The notes beneath the pieces were generated by a model. The model made no database searches, was not told the DNA's origin, and saw nothing but the letters and a program-made list of their open reading frames with translations. A stretch of DNA of 63,639 nucleotides, filler included, from Stramenopiles sp. TOSAG23-3 (lineage: Eukaryota), in the NCBI GenBank assembly GCA_900128585.1. It is 3 parts of 3 records of this genome, joined end to end, with 100 filler letters (N's around TTAATTAATTAA, not from the genome) between each part and the next. Parts side by side here need not be neighbours in the genome. Positions count along the whole stretch, not along the records: positions 30,786 to 61,406 come from LT642228.1; positions 61,507 to 63,639 come from LT645045.1; 1 more part is not named here. One strand, written 5' to 3'. The translations under genes and the position numbers were made by a program. Below, in pieces: positions 52,386 to 63,639 of this stretch (its first letter is position 1; the number at the start of each line of letters is the position of its first letter).

Positions 52386-53801
52386 GTTTCAGTGTGTATA
52401 TTTACTTCTCTTTCTCAATTTACCGCGCACACAAATACGAAATGATAGATGGGTTAAATATTCAACCAAAGTTATAAGCAATAAGGTAAAGAAAAAATAA
52501 ACTGAATAAATGTCATTAATGAGTTAGTTATATATGCTAAGAAATCAATAAATATCCCCACCGCCTCCACGTACCGTACGTGTTCTACGTCAGTCATCAT
52601 CATCATCATCGCATCCTGTGTTGTTGTTTGTTATTTTAGTAGTACCATTTTATTATATGTATATATAATAATATTGCTTGAGATGATAGAAATTGCTTTT
52701 GTTGTTGTTGTTGTTGTTGTTTTTACGAAGTATCATCACCACCCGGACGACCATCCACTTATTCTTCTTCAAAACAAAAATACTATAATTAATATTACAC
52801 CAATTTAAAAAAAAATATATATTTATTTATATAGAAGACTAATACATCATCACACAGCACACAAACAACAACAAAAACTCCAATCCATTGAATAGGATTA
52901 AATACAAGTATATAAAATAGTATTCTATTATTCCAATGATAACAAATATATTTGGTTGTTGCTTTTTTGAGCTTGATGATGAAGGAGTTGAACAAAGTTA
53001 TTTATTCGCAAGTGTGATCGATCGCAAATCTATCAATGGTCTTCAATCATCTCTTTGCTGTGCTTATATTATTTATTTACATTTTACTCGTAAAAGATTT
53101 ATTTTTTTTTAGAGAGAGAGATAACATAATTATTACACCATAATAATACTCGGCGCATTATAAAGCAATAGGAAGGAAGGAAGGAAAGAAAGAAAGAAAG
53201 AAAGAAAGAATGAAGTAATAAGAATTTAATAAACGATAAATAAAAAAATAAGAAGAAAGAAGAGGAAAAGGCGCGATCGACAACTACTGTGTGATTTTGT
53301 TGTTGTGTTGTGTTGTTTTGATGATGGGGCCACGTTGTCTTTAGTAGTAGTAATAATACAGTACAACAACAATAATAAAAAAGTATGGATGAGAAAGGTG
53401 CGATGAGATGTTGTCGTCGTCGTCGTCTTCTTCTTCTTCTTCTTTTTTTCTCTTATATTAAATTTCATATCATCATCATCATCTAAATAATTTATTTTTT
53501 TTTATTATTATTATATTATTATTGTTGGTGGGGTGTGGGTGTGGTGTATTTATATTTGTTTTATTGATAAATTGTAAGAAGTGTTTGAACCTGTGGAACC
53601 AGAAAAAGATTGATAAATCTTATCTTTTTATCGTAACCACACACAAAGCGCACGTCTAATTAAACTTATTACCGCTTGCATTTAGGCATCGGGTTTAGTG
53701 TTACGTGGCTGGCCCCTTTGTACGACCGTTCGGGTGCTGCTGTCCGTCTGGCTGTCCCGGTTTCCTGTGCCACGTTCGAGGGAGCGTTGCGTTACAAAAC
53801 G

Positions 53802-56159
53802 ATGCCTTCGAGGAGAACACGGGCTGCGTCGAGCAACTCCGAGAGCGATAAACCAATAGCGGCACCATCATTTTCATGGGCATCAATATCTGTCGCGTTT
53901 GAGAGACGGAAAAAGGCTGCGAATACAATTACCATGGCGGGTTCGCTCATCCGTGAAGCGGAGGAAGTAACATTGAGTGGCGACTGGGTTTTTACAAATA
54001 GAAGAAAAGGGAAGAAAGGAAACCCTTTCAAATACACAAGGGAATTCCCGGACGAACGCGACTCGAAATACCACAGGCATCCCGCGTGTATACACCAGAA
54101 CATGGAGCGCACGTATACGGACTTTGATACAGTGGAAAAAGGTTTGTACTCTCCCGAGATAGTGTCCCCAGTATTCTTCGGGTCGGAGGGCGGGGACGAC
54201 TACCATAGAAAGGACTCTGCTGCTCAGAGCGACAAAGAGAGGGCCGTGGATGCAATAGTTGGTTTGTGGGACGGGCGTTTCGAGCTTCCCATCGCAAGCT
54301 CTTCAGTGCCGCTCCAAATTGATGAGCATTTTCGCCTACGTTCACGGTTTGGGCCAAGTATCTCAGGTGTTAGCACAGAAGTCGACCCCGAGGACACCAA
54401 TTCCGTGCAAGTGATTGGGCGCGGGATCAACGAATTCGGAAAGTTCACGGTCACCGGAAAGTATTCCCTGAAAACAGAAGAGTTGCGTCTAACGAAAGTA
54501 TACGACCCTATTGTAAAGAAACGGTCCCGCTCCTTTAGTGCAGGCGGGAGCGGCGCAAGCGAAACACCAGAAGCATCGAGATCCTCGAAGCGGCAAAGAA
54601 AGGAGAGCAACAAGATCCGTTTCAAGAGGATGCAAGAGGAGGCGATACGAAAAGCAGAAGAGGACGCCGTGATCGCAAAACGCGAGCGTGCCGAAGAGCG
54701 GCGCTTGTTAAGGATTCAACGCGCCGAAGAAGAGAAACGGCTGCAAGAGGAGCGCAAAGAAGAGCGCAGGAGGAGGGAAGAAGAGCGAAAGAAGAAAGAA
54801 GAGGAGCGAAAAGTAAAAGAAGCAGAGCGCATGCGAAGGGAGCTTGAGCAACGGGCGATCGATGAGGCGAAGCGGCAGGAAGAAGAGAAGAAGCGCGCAG
54901 CAATGGAAGAGGAGTGCCGCCTAAAGGCCATCGAGGAAAAAAAGCAGAAAATAAAGGAGCTCGCTGAGTTTGCGGCAAAGCTGGAAGAGCGGCGAAAAGC
55001 CGCGGCCCTGCTGCGTGCACGAAACCCACCACCGAACATTTGGGAGGGGGGCGGTACGAGGGGGGGCGGTCCCGTTCTAAATTCGACCAGGCTGTTGGAC
55101 GTTTCCGTGGGCGACCAGAATTCAGGCGCGAAACAAGTCGCTGGAATTTCTCAGTTTTCACGAGGAAAACCTCAACTTCGGCCGGAGCAGCCGAAGCCGA
55201 AACCAACGAGAGGGCGTGGCCGCCCTCCCATGAACAGGGACGCTCCTGTGGAGTATGAATCGTCTTCGTCGGAGGACGAAATGCCGGACGGGACGCCCCG
55301 ACTGCTGGCCACCGTGTACGACCTCGGCAAAGGGCGCGATTTTCGATGTGCTCATGCTGCCATAAACGGCGAAATTTACGAGGGCGAGTTCAAGGATCAT
55401 CTGCGAGATGGCCTTGGAACTTGCTTGTACACCAACGGGGACATGTACGAAGGTGAATGGAAAGAGGGGATGGTACATGGGCAAGGGCTCATCACAAATT
55501 CGAAAGGGGATATGGTGTGCCGAGGGGTATTTGCCGACGGGCGGATAAATGGCAAAGCAACGTTTCATCATAATGATGGGTCGCTATATAGTGGGGACTG
55601 GCGGGAGAGTCGCCGCCACGGGCTTGGGACATATACCGATGCACACGGCAACGTGTACAACGGGGAATGGAAAGATAATGTAAGACAAGGCCATGGCACT
55701 ACCCGAGACGTGAATAATAATGTGTTCGAAGGGGAATGGTTCCGGGATTTGCGACATGGTGCAGGGACGTTGACGTGCGTCGATGGGACCCACTACGAAG
55801 GGAGCTGGAAAAACAACCAGCTGGAAGGCCGTGGGGTCATTACGTACCCAGACGGAGGGCGCTACGAGGGGACGCTTCGCAATGGTGTGAAGGATGGAAG
55901 AGGCATGTACATATTCCCCTCAAAGTCGGAGTACGAGGGGAGGTTTCGGAATGATAAAATTCACGGGATGGGGACGCTGAGGATGGGGTCTGGCATTACC
56001 ATGACCTCTGGGGGAAAGGGCGCGGCTACCGAAGGAGTTAAAACGGAGCAGGGGGACGACGGCTCGGAAGAGACGGAGGAGATTATGATACCGATAGACA
56101 TGCAAAAGGACTTGCCCACTGTTCACTTCATTGCTGGATTTGACCGGTTTGGGAATTAG
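53802..56159 (+). CDS. MORN-repeat protein with charged coiled coil and AT-hook-like motif
   Basis: About 9 MORN repeats (YEGEWKxGxxHGxG), E/R/K-rich helix, RGRGRPP motif. First ATG at 53802. Confidence 0.9.
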   Translation: MPSRRTRAASSNSESDKPIAAPSFSWASISVAFERRKKAANTITMAGSLIREAEEVTLSGDWVFTNRRKGKKGNPFKYTREFPDERDSKYHRHPACIHQNMERTYTDFDTVEKGLYSPEIVSPVFFGSEGGDDYHRKDSAAQSDKERAVDAIVGLWDGRFELPIASSSVPLQIDEHFRLRSRFGPSISGVSTEVDPEDTNSVQVIGRGINEFGKFTVTGKYSLKTEELRLTKVYDPIVKKRSRSFSAGGSGASETPEASRSSKRQRKESNKIRFKRMQEEAIRKAEEDAVIAKRERAEERRLLRIQRAEEEKRLQEERKEERRRREEERKKKEEERKVKEAERMRRELEQRAIDEAKRQEEEKKRAAMEEECRLKAIEEKKQKIKELAEFAAKLEERRKAAALLRARNPPPNIWEGGGTRGGGPVLNSTRLLDVSVGDQNSGAKQVAGISQFSRGKPQLRPEQPKPKPTRGRGRPPMNRDAPVEYESSSSEDEMPDGTPRLLATVYDLGKGRDFRCAHAAINGEIYEGEFKDHLRDGLGTCLYTNGDMYEGEWKEGMVHGQGLITNSKGDMVCRGVFADGRINGKATFHHNDGSLYSGDWRESRRHGLGTYTDAHGNVYNGEWKDNVRQGHGTTRDVNNNVFEGEWFRDLRHGAGTLTCVDGTHYEGSWKNNQLEGRGVITYPDGGRYEGTLRNGVKDGRGMYIFPSKSEYEGRFRNDKIHGMGTLRMGSGITMTSGGKGAATEGVKTEQGDDGSEETEEIMIPIDMQKDLPTVHFIAGFDRFGN

Positions 56160-56423
56160 TAAAAGAAGTCTAATGTGCGCTTAAACTTAAATTTATGGTT
56201 TCAGTACATGCATTGTATCTTAAGAATTTACGAAGTCGAATATAATGATAATATAACGTAAGAATTAGTGAGAAGTAAGAAACAAATTTTTATAGTATGC
56301 GAGAAGTAAAATAATGCTCACATGCAAGCCCTCATAATATAGTTTTATAGAATTTATTACAAGTACACCAATTCCACCCATCAAATTGGTACCAGCAGAC
56401 AGCCTTTTTTCCCCGCGGGAAAA

Positions 56424-56981
56424 CTAAATCCATATCGGGTGGAGCTGCTTAAGGTTGTTCAGGCCCTTTTTACATAGCGGACACTTTTTGTGGCCAGCCT
56501 TTATACATCGCTCCAAGCAGCGTTTATGGAACAGGTGCCCACACGCCGTCGAGTGAATGTTCTTTGTCGTCGTGTACGAGTCTAAACATATTGAACACTG
56601 GAGCGTCTCCTTCAACTTGTCTAACACGCTGCCATTCTCCAGCGAGAGCGTTCCGTCCGCACCCAGGCCCGCCGTGGTCGCGGACGCAAGCTTTTTGTCC
56701 ACTGCTACACTAAGTTGTTCTTCGGCGATTCGAAGGTCTTCACGAAGCCTCTTGACTCTAGCGCTTAGGTCATGGACTTTTGCGTTATCACTCAAAAATT
56801 CTGACGTCGATGCTCCGCCATTCCCCATATTTTGCAATACTGCTTTACCCGCCCGACGTTTTCGTTTTCTGCGTGAGGAAAAACCAGTGGGACCCATCGA
56901 ATCAACGAGGTCAATAGTACCACCATTTCCCATGCCACTTATACCATCGCTTACGTCTTCGGATAAATCGATGACATCCAT
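56424..56981 (-). CDS. RING E3 ligase with N-terminal SUMO-interacting motifs (RNF4-like STUbL)
   Basis: SIM-like VIDLSED, TIDLVD, VHDLS; terminal RING CSICLD..CGHLFHKRC..CPLC..LHPIWI. ATG at 56981. Confidence 0.85.
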   Translation of the reverse strand: MDVIDLSEDVSDGISGMGNGGTIDLVDSMGPTGFSSRRKRKRRAGKAVLQNMGNGGASTSEFLSDNAKVHDLSARVKRLREDLRIAEEQLSVAVDKKLASATTAGLGADGTLSLENGSVLDKLKETLQCSICLDSYTTTKNIHSTACGHLFHKRCLERCIKAGHKKCPLCKKGLNNLKQLHPIWI

Positions 56982-58305
56982 TCCGGCAGATAACACTCAA
57001 TGGGAGATCGCAAGGTTTCAATTTTTAGTATAAATTTGAAGAGAACGGTAAATTGGAATATATATCGGAATCGAAAGAATTGGCATGCGAGTCAAACGTA
57101 TTATATACAACTAAAGTAGTATTACAGGCAAGAAGACGACGACGAGGAGGAGGGAGAAAGATGTGATGATAAAGAAGAACAAAAAAAAAACTCGAAAAAA
57201 AGAAGAAGAAAAAAAAAAAAGAAAAGAAAAAAAAGAAGAACGAAGAGAGGAGGAAGAAGAAAGAAAGAAGAACCAAAAACAACCTTCTCCTTCTTAGAAT
57301 ACGAGGAGTAGTACTTGTACTAAACGTAATAAAAAAATGCCCCGGGCAATTTTGATGGTGTGTCGTCTCTTTATTATTAGTATGTATTTATTGTGATTTT
57401 TTTTGATTGATTGATTCAATTCTTCGACAAAAATATAATAAATACATTGACACAGTATCTAAAGAGCTTCAGCGATAATCTCAGAGAGTGAAACAGAGCA
57501 GCTTCTGACCACATTAAGAAGGACAGAAAATGCAAGTATAAATATTAGATTACGTATAATATATAAGTAATAAAATAATGTTAAATCAATATAAAATGTT
57601 TAATAATAGAGAATAAGAAAATCAAACTATAGTATAATTGTATAAAATAGTCAGTCGTCTAAAATGTTTAATTAACATTTTTTATTATTTTTTTGATGTT
57701 TTTTGATTTTCCAGATGAAAATATTCATACTGTCTCCTGTACAACTACTGTACAAGGATACGAAAAATAAAGACAACAAACAGTCTACGTAAGTAAATGA
57801 GGAACTCAAAAAACAACGGAATTTAAAAAAGCTTTTTGATTATTTCTCGTAGAGGACTTTTCTTCTTCATTTGATAATACAATTGGACAATTACCAGTTC
57901 AATCGTCGTTTCATTTATTTAAGAAGAAGCAATATGATAAATGTTGAAAATTGTTGTACATAAACACAGTATCAAAATAATCAAGAAATATTATTATTAG
58001 GTGTTTTTTTTTTAAAAATAAAATATAGCTGCTACTTGGTATAATGTAATAGAATACTAATATTGACAAAAAAAAAAAAATAGGTCACAACATCATCTCT
58101 TCTTCTCTCCTCCTCCCTTCTTCTGTTTTGTTTGAATAAAATTTGCAATGTTTACATTCTTTGAATACAAGTATTTATATTTAGCTATGCTTAAGTTTTC
58201 AACAGGTTTGTCTGTGTTATAATTCCTTAGATGTACAGAAAACCCTGATAACGTTTTTTGCCTTTGAACAGAACAAAAAAGCTTGGCAAAGGACCAGAGA
58301 GGAAG

Positions 58306-59457
58306 ATGTCATACTACCCAAGTGCCGAAGGTGAGTCCATTGTTATTGACGTAGGGACAGGTATCGTCAAGGCTGGTTTTGCAGGGCACGATGCCCCAGA
58401 CTGTACGTTCGATACCCAAGGGTCTCATTTGGAAACGTCGGGAAATTTGTCGCCCAAATCGGGGCCAAAAGATAGCAGTGAAGGTTTAGGCTCAACGAAA
58501 CTCCCAGTCCCTTTGCGCCGTGGTGTCGTACAGGACTGGGACAGTATGACCGCAGTGTGGAATCGTTGTTTCGAGGACGAGCTCCGAGTTGACCCTGATG
58601 CCGCTGGGACGCCCGTGCTGATCACCGACGCGCCCCTGAGCTCCAAGCAGAGCAGGGAGAAAAGTGCAGAAATCATGTTTGAACATTTCAAGGTACCGGG
58701 CCTTTACATCGCCAACCAAACTGTGCTGTCGTTGTATGCTTGCGGGAAGACGCGGGGCTTGGTGGTGGAAGTGGGGGAAGGGGCAACGTACTCGGTCCCC
58801 GTGTTCGAAGGTTTTGCGCTGCCCCATGCATCTACAACCCTTCCCTTAGCGGGTGGCGATCTGACGGCATATTTGCGTAGTATGCTCAAGGATAGAGGCC
58901 ATGCGTTTAAGAATTCAATAGCCCACACTGCAATTATCCGAGGTATTAAAGAATCCCTGTGTGCTGTCTCGGATAATTACGAGCATGATGTGCTCACGGA
59001 CAAATCGGAATATGCGTACGAACTGCCGGATGGGACTGCGCTGAATATCGACGCACGTTGTCGATATAGTGTCGGGGAGGCGCTGTTCAAACCGTCTACC
59101 GTCAAAGGCAAGACAAAACTGAATAGCAACAACTCACCGAACGAGGTAGGCATAGCAGACATTGCGTTGGAAAGCATTTCGCAGTGCGATAGTGACTTGC
59201 AACCTGACCTTCGTAGTTCGATTATTTTGTCCGGAGGAACGTCTCTTCTCAACGGGCTGAAATCCCGAATGCAGTCTGAAATGGAAAAACGGTGTGGTGG
59301 CGAGCCCGTCGAAGTCGTAGTCGATTCGCAAAGGAAGTACGCGTCGTGGATCGGTGGATCGATGTTCGCTTCTTTGGGAACATTTGAACAAATTTACGTT
59401 ACCAGACAAGAGTATGAGGATAGCGGTCCTAGTGTAATGCACAGGAAGTGCTTTTGA
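58306..59457 (+). CDS. Divergent actin-like / actin-related protein
   Basis: IVIDVGTGIVKAGFAG, PVLITDAPL, EIMFE, VPVFEGFALPH, YELPDG, IILSGGTS, WIGGS, HRKCF terminus. ATG at 58306. Confidence 0.92.
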   Translation: MSYYPSAEGESIVIDVGTGIVKAGFAGHDAPDCTFDTQGSHLETSGNLSPKSGPKDSSEGLGSTKLPVPLRRGVVQDWDSMTAVWNRCFEDELRVDPDAAGTPVLITDAPLSSKQSREKSAEIMFEHFKVPGLYIANQTVLSLYACGKTRGLVVEVGEGATYSVPVFEGFALPHASTTLPLAGGDLTAYLRSMLKDRGHAFKNSIAHTAIIRGIKESLCAVSDNYEHDVLTDKSEYAYELPDGTALNIDARCRYSVGEALFKPSTVKGKTKLNSNNSPNEVGIADIALESISQCDSDLQPDLRSSIILSGGTSLLNGLKSRMQSEMEKRCGGEPVEVVVDSQRKYASWIGGSMFASLGTFEQIYVTRQEYEDSGPSVMHRKCF

Positions 59458-60295
59458 AGCGTGGAAGGGTCGTGAGGAGGTTAAAACTGCCTTGTAATGG
59501 TTAGGTCAATTGGGATGCTCGGTTTTGGATCTGTACATTTGTGTAGCCGAGCGGGTTTGGTTTGATGCTTGTAGTTTCACACTTTTCCAATGGAATAAAT
59601 AATTTTCATGACCATGGTAAAACATAAATATTTAAAATCTTACTACCTTCTTATTTATATGATTGAGCCCTCCCCGATTCTATCTCCCTATGAAGAACAC
59701 CTATCGTTATAGTTATATTTTTTAGTGTATTATATTATAAAATCCATCATTTATAATAATAATAAAAGAACAGAGCAGGGGAAATTATTATTTTTTTTTA
59801 ATCTTCTTCTCGTCGTCAGTTTTGATTTTATTTATATACTTACTATGAATTAGTCGTTATAAAATACAATACTACTACAGTACAAAAAAATATCAAAACA
59901 TTTTTTTAACGATATTTATATTATATTATAAATAAAATATATTGTTATAATTTTTTTCATTTTCAACAGATAATAATAAGGCTTTTTTTTTAATTGTTGT
60001 AGTACCAAGGCAGAATGGTGCAAATGAAAAAACAAAATAGAATAGGACGGAGGAGGAGGGTTGTGTTGTAGTATTTATAGTAGGTCATATAATAACAGTA
60101 TAGATAATTTGTTTTTCTCACACCACTACTTCTTTTTTTTCACATTTATGTGCGAAGAACAATTTACCAACCTCCACCAGAATCGGTGGCTCCATTTACC
60201 AAATACGTTCGAGGCACCGCAGTACCCGAACATTTGTTCCGACGACGTCATTGGTCACTTTATGAGAGCTTCGTTATGGCTTAAGGTCAAAACAC

Positions 60296-61406
60296 ATGGT
60301 TCAGGCAAGGTCTACCGAACTGCTTCTGGGCATTTTCTTCGCCGTGCAGGTGCTGTGTGAAAATGCAGAAGCAGATTGTGCCAACCAATTTGCCGGTTGT
60401 CCGTTTTCGGGCGAAATGCCCACGTTTAGTTTTAACGATCCACCATCCCCGTCACCGTCACCATCATCGGAAGATGTGGGTGATGCATCAGCCAATGAGG
60501 GCATCGATGTGTCGTCAGGATCCGTATACTTAGCCGCATGTGGACGGCAATTGAAAGAGTACGGTATTAACGGTTTGCTCCCGTGCGAGATTAATAGCAA
60601 AGGGTCCACTTATAAAGGGTGGTGTAAAAATGGGACGTGCGCAGTCTGCGTTGGCGACTACGCCGCGTTCACTGCCCATGCCGACATGGTCATACTGGAC
60701 ACATGCGTGTTCGATGTAATGTTAATTAAGCGTTACTGGCTCTACGCAGCTTACGGTTCGATGCCGGTGTTTATGATGTCTGTCTTTCGGTTGATTCAGC
60801 TGGTCGTGCTTTCCAATGCAAAATGGAAAAACTACTACAACATGTGTCAAATATGCAAATTTCTAATCTGCCTTCACAGCCAAGGAAAGGCGTACAGTTT
60901 GTGCCTTGCTATGTCGATTTCAGTGTTCGTCCTCAGTGCCGGAATAAAGGCGTCCATGGAGGAGACCGTTGCCACTGAGTATATTGGAATAGACCCCGCC
61001 GTATCGTTTGCTCACGGTATAGCGCTTGCCTCGTGGCACTTGTGCATACCTTGCATTTTGTATACACTGGTCGATATCAGCATGAAAAAAGTGGGTAGAA
61101 ATATGTTGACGAAACACAAACGCATGGTTGGAGAAGACAACTCCGACGAAATGAACGGTGATGACATACACAAATTTGGATTCGTCTACAGTATAATAAG
61201 CACTGTGACAAACGATGCCTTGGCGCGAAAAAGGCGAAGGGCCTCTCGTAGAAAACGGGGAGACCACCTATCACTGATCGACTCGCACTCGCGATACAGT
61301 TGCCTGTTGAACATCGACAAGCGTATCTTTTTTGTGCGAATCGTTTGGGAATCTGCGATTGCCGTCGCTTGTTTCATGCCGTACGCGTTGTCTCTTGGAA
61401 CAACCC
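60296..61406 (+). CDS. Membrane protein with signal peptide, Cys-rich ectodomain and several TM helices (3' end lost at the contig break)
   Basis: Hydrophobic N-terminus, Cys-rich segment, hydrophobic helices; ORF runs into the N linker. Confidence 0.7.
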
Positions 61407-61506
61407 NNNNNNNNNNNNNNNNNNNNNNNNNNNNNNNNNNNNNNNNNNNNTTAATTAATTAANNNNNNNNNNNNNNNNNNNNNNNNNNNNNNNNNNNNNN
61501 NNNNNN
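61407..61506. other. Artificial contig linker (N44-TTAATTAATTAA-N44)
   Basis: Same 100-bp structure as 30686-30785. Confidence 0.97.
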
Positions 61507-62206
61507 CATATCTAAATCTTTTGTACGTGGTATACGAAAAGCCATGTTTATGACGGGGTGTTGATAATAATAATAATAATATCGATTTATATATATATAT
61601 ATTAATATCTCAAAATGAAATCACACTATCTATACTACTTTTCGCGATCTTTAATATACAAAACAACTACGTACTACTAATAATAATAATGACAACAACA
61701 ATAAATGCTCAATAATAAAATACAAACAAATACAAATAAAATGTGAAAGGTCTAGTTGATCGATCGATCGATTGGATCGGAGCTTACACGCACCCATATA
61801 TTTATTAATTAATTATTTAGGCTGTTTTTTTCTTCTTTTTTTTAACAGTATTGTGTGTTGTTGGTTTGTAGTGAGATGGGTGAAATTGTTGATGGTCTTC
61901 CAGATTTTAGATACTATTATCCTTAATATATTGATGCTCTTATTATTTCTTCTAGACTATTAAAGAGAGGGAACTAATTTAATATTACTATAATAAGGAT
62001 ATTGTTACCTGAAGGAAATTTATTATGGTATTCTAATTTACATTTAAGTACAAATATATTAAATATGATAGGATAATAAATCGAGTTCATCATAATAAAG
62101 TTCATCAAAAAATACTAAGTTTTTACGTCATATAAAACGACACACACAATATAACAAACCTTCTCTTTCCCTCTCTCGCTCTCTCGCTGCCTCATTTCCT
62201 CCCCGC

Positions 62207-63637
62207 TCAAACGGCACTACTATTTGGACGACTTGGGCGTAATAATAAACTATCCATCATATCATCTAATCGTACCATCAATGTATCTTTATCTTCATAT
62301 TGTTCCACATGTTCATTTAATTCCAAAACACTTTTATTACTCCATTTTAATGGTAAATACCCTTCATTTCCTAAACGTAATACTAAATTAACCACTTCTT
62401 CCCTACGCATACCAATGCCATTTGTTGCTAAATAGGCATCATTAAATGCTTTTTCTAATTTTTTTTCTTGTGTTACACTAAATTTATCATCGCCATATAC
62501 TTCTACGGTTGGATCTGCCATTGGTTTTGGTTTTGGATAATAACGTTGATTTGTATCGACTTTAAATTCATATCCTTTTGCACCACTTTTATACATTTGT
62601 ATTGGACTGGATTGAATACCATATATTTTATTTATATCTTCAGGATTAACAAGACGATTTATAATAGTATTATCTGTATTTTCCATAATAAACATATGTT
62701 CAAACTTTGTTTCCCCTTCAATCGTTTCACGACATAATTTATTAAATGCATGTATGGATCGACATTCATCACGTAAACGCATATCAATCATCGTACCTAT
62801 ATTATTATATACGGTTTCACCATATTGCAATATCGATGCACCTTCCCGTTTACATACATCAATTAAACGTTGTATACGTTTCAAAAATTGTGTTTCTTCA
62901 TATTTTAATACATTTGATAAATCATCATCATAAACCATTTCTTCATCTGGTTTAAATTCAGGTGGCGGTGTACTACCAGCACCACCTTTGCCTTTCTTTC
63001 CTTTTGCATCACCACCATCATTTAAACCTGCAACTTCCTCATCATATTTAGCTAATTGATCTAAAAACGATTGCTCATATGCTTTTTTAACATTTGTTCG
63101 ACGTACAATTTCTTTCTCTTGGCATGAAGTAACATAATTCTGAATCAACTCAATATTTGTATCTAAAATGGTATATGGTGCAAATTCTTCGCCATCCTCC
63201 TCTCCTGATGCATCTTTTCCTTTCCCTTTACCTTTTGCTTTTGGATCTTCCGCTTCTTCTGTTACCTCACCACCAAATGCAGTTGTTAATGTTGGTACAA
63301 TTGGTACAATTGGTTCATCCCCATCATTTTCTACATCATATTTTGTATATGGAACATTTAATACTTTCGTACTTGTATCAATTAAAAAACGACGATTACG
63401 ATAAAATTTCTCCATTTCAATTTGCATCATAATAGTAACTTCATTTACTAAGGATGCTACATGTTCTTCTAACATTTTATTTGTACGAATCGATACAAGC
63501 GTTTCCTTTGCATCGGTTTCCTTTGTTTCTACTATTTCATTTAACTTATCAATACATTCGCGTACACGTTGATGCAATTCACTTTTTACATCATCATCAT
63601 ATCTAAAATCTTCCGTATCAGTATTGTTAACATTAAC
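62207..63637 (-). CDS. SPEF2: C-terminal part of SPEF2/CPC1-like central-pair protein (5' part outside the window)
   Basis: Frame is open to the window edge: DFRYDDDVKSELHQRV (SPEF2-like D.R.D...K.ELHQRV), KAKGKGK motifs, FSVTQ...LPLKW. Confidence 0.75.
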   Translation of the reverse strand, partial: VNVNNTDTEDFRYDDDVKSELHQRVRECIDKLNEIVETKETDAKETLVSIRTNKMLEEHVASLVNEVTIMMQIEMEKFYRNRRFLIDTSTKVLNVPYTKYDVENDGDEPIVPIVPTLTTAFGGEVTEEAEDPKAKGKGKGKDASGEEDGEEFAPYTILDTNIELIQNYVTSCQEKEIVRRTNVKKAYEQSFLDQLAKYDEEVAGLNDGGDAKGKKGKGGAGSTPPPEFKPDEEMVYDDDLSNVLKYEETQFLKRIQRLIDVCKREGASILQYGETVYNNIGTMIDMRLRDECRSIHAFNKLCRETIEGETKFEHMFIMENTDNTIINRLVNPEDINKIYGIQSSPIQMYKSGAKGYEFKVDTNQRYYPKPKPMADPTVEVYGDDKFSVTQEKKLEKAFNDAYLATNGIGMRREEVVNLVLRLGNEGYLPLKWSNKSVLELNEHVEQYEDKDTLMVRLDDMMDSLLLRPSRPNSSAV

Positions 63638-63639
63638 TT

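Noticed and set aside
37740-56981. Functional clustering of SUMO genes (DeSI, RNF4-like) or of flagellar genes
   Set aside because: The genes are far apart, interspersed with unrelated genes and partly on different contigs.

Overview
Eukaryotic genomic DNA, not prokaryotic. It is three contigs joined by artificial 100-bp N/TTAATTAATTAA/N linkers (about 1-30685, 30786-61406, 61507-63639). It holds about 22 apparently single-exon genes separated by AT-rich spacers. Axonemal genes (radial spoke head RSP4/6, CCDC113, SPEF2, a KIF12-like kinesin) show a flagellated protist; an intron-poor marine stramenopile is my inference. Other genes include thymidine kinase, TPR, ARM-BTB, a U-box/tyrosine-kinase-like/TM/ARM fusion, GBP-type GTPase, LRR, a beta-helix/multi-TM/WW receptor-like protein, CCCH zinc finger, DeSI peptidase, 5'-3' exonuclease, MMS19, MORN, RNF4-like RING and an actin-like protein. 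The most striking unannotated signal is a family of 5'-truncated retroelement copies, 25 bp to 1.2 kb long, all ending in the same T-rich tail (...AATTACTTAAATAACAGCCAATTTTCTTGTTTT). Several have clean 9-18 bp target-site duplications, and some have inserted into each other's tails. The longest carries a degenerate RLE-endonuclease-like ORF end. Copies occur in 7 of 8 spacers between convergent genes, and I saw none in divergent or tandem spacers, several of which carry MITE-like DNA elements instead.
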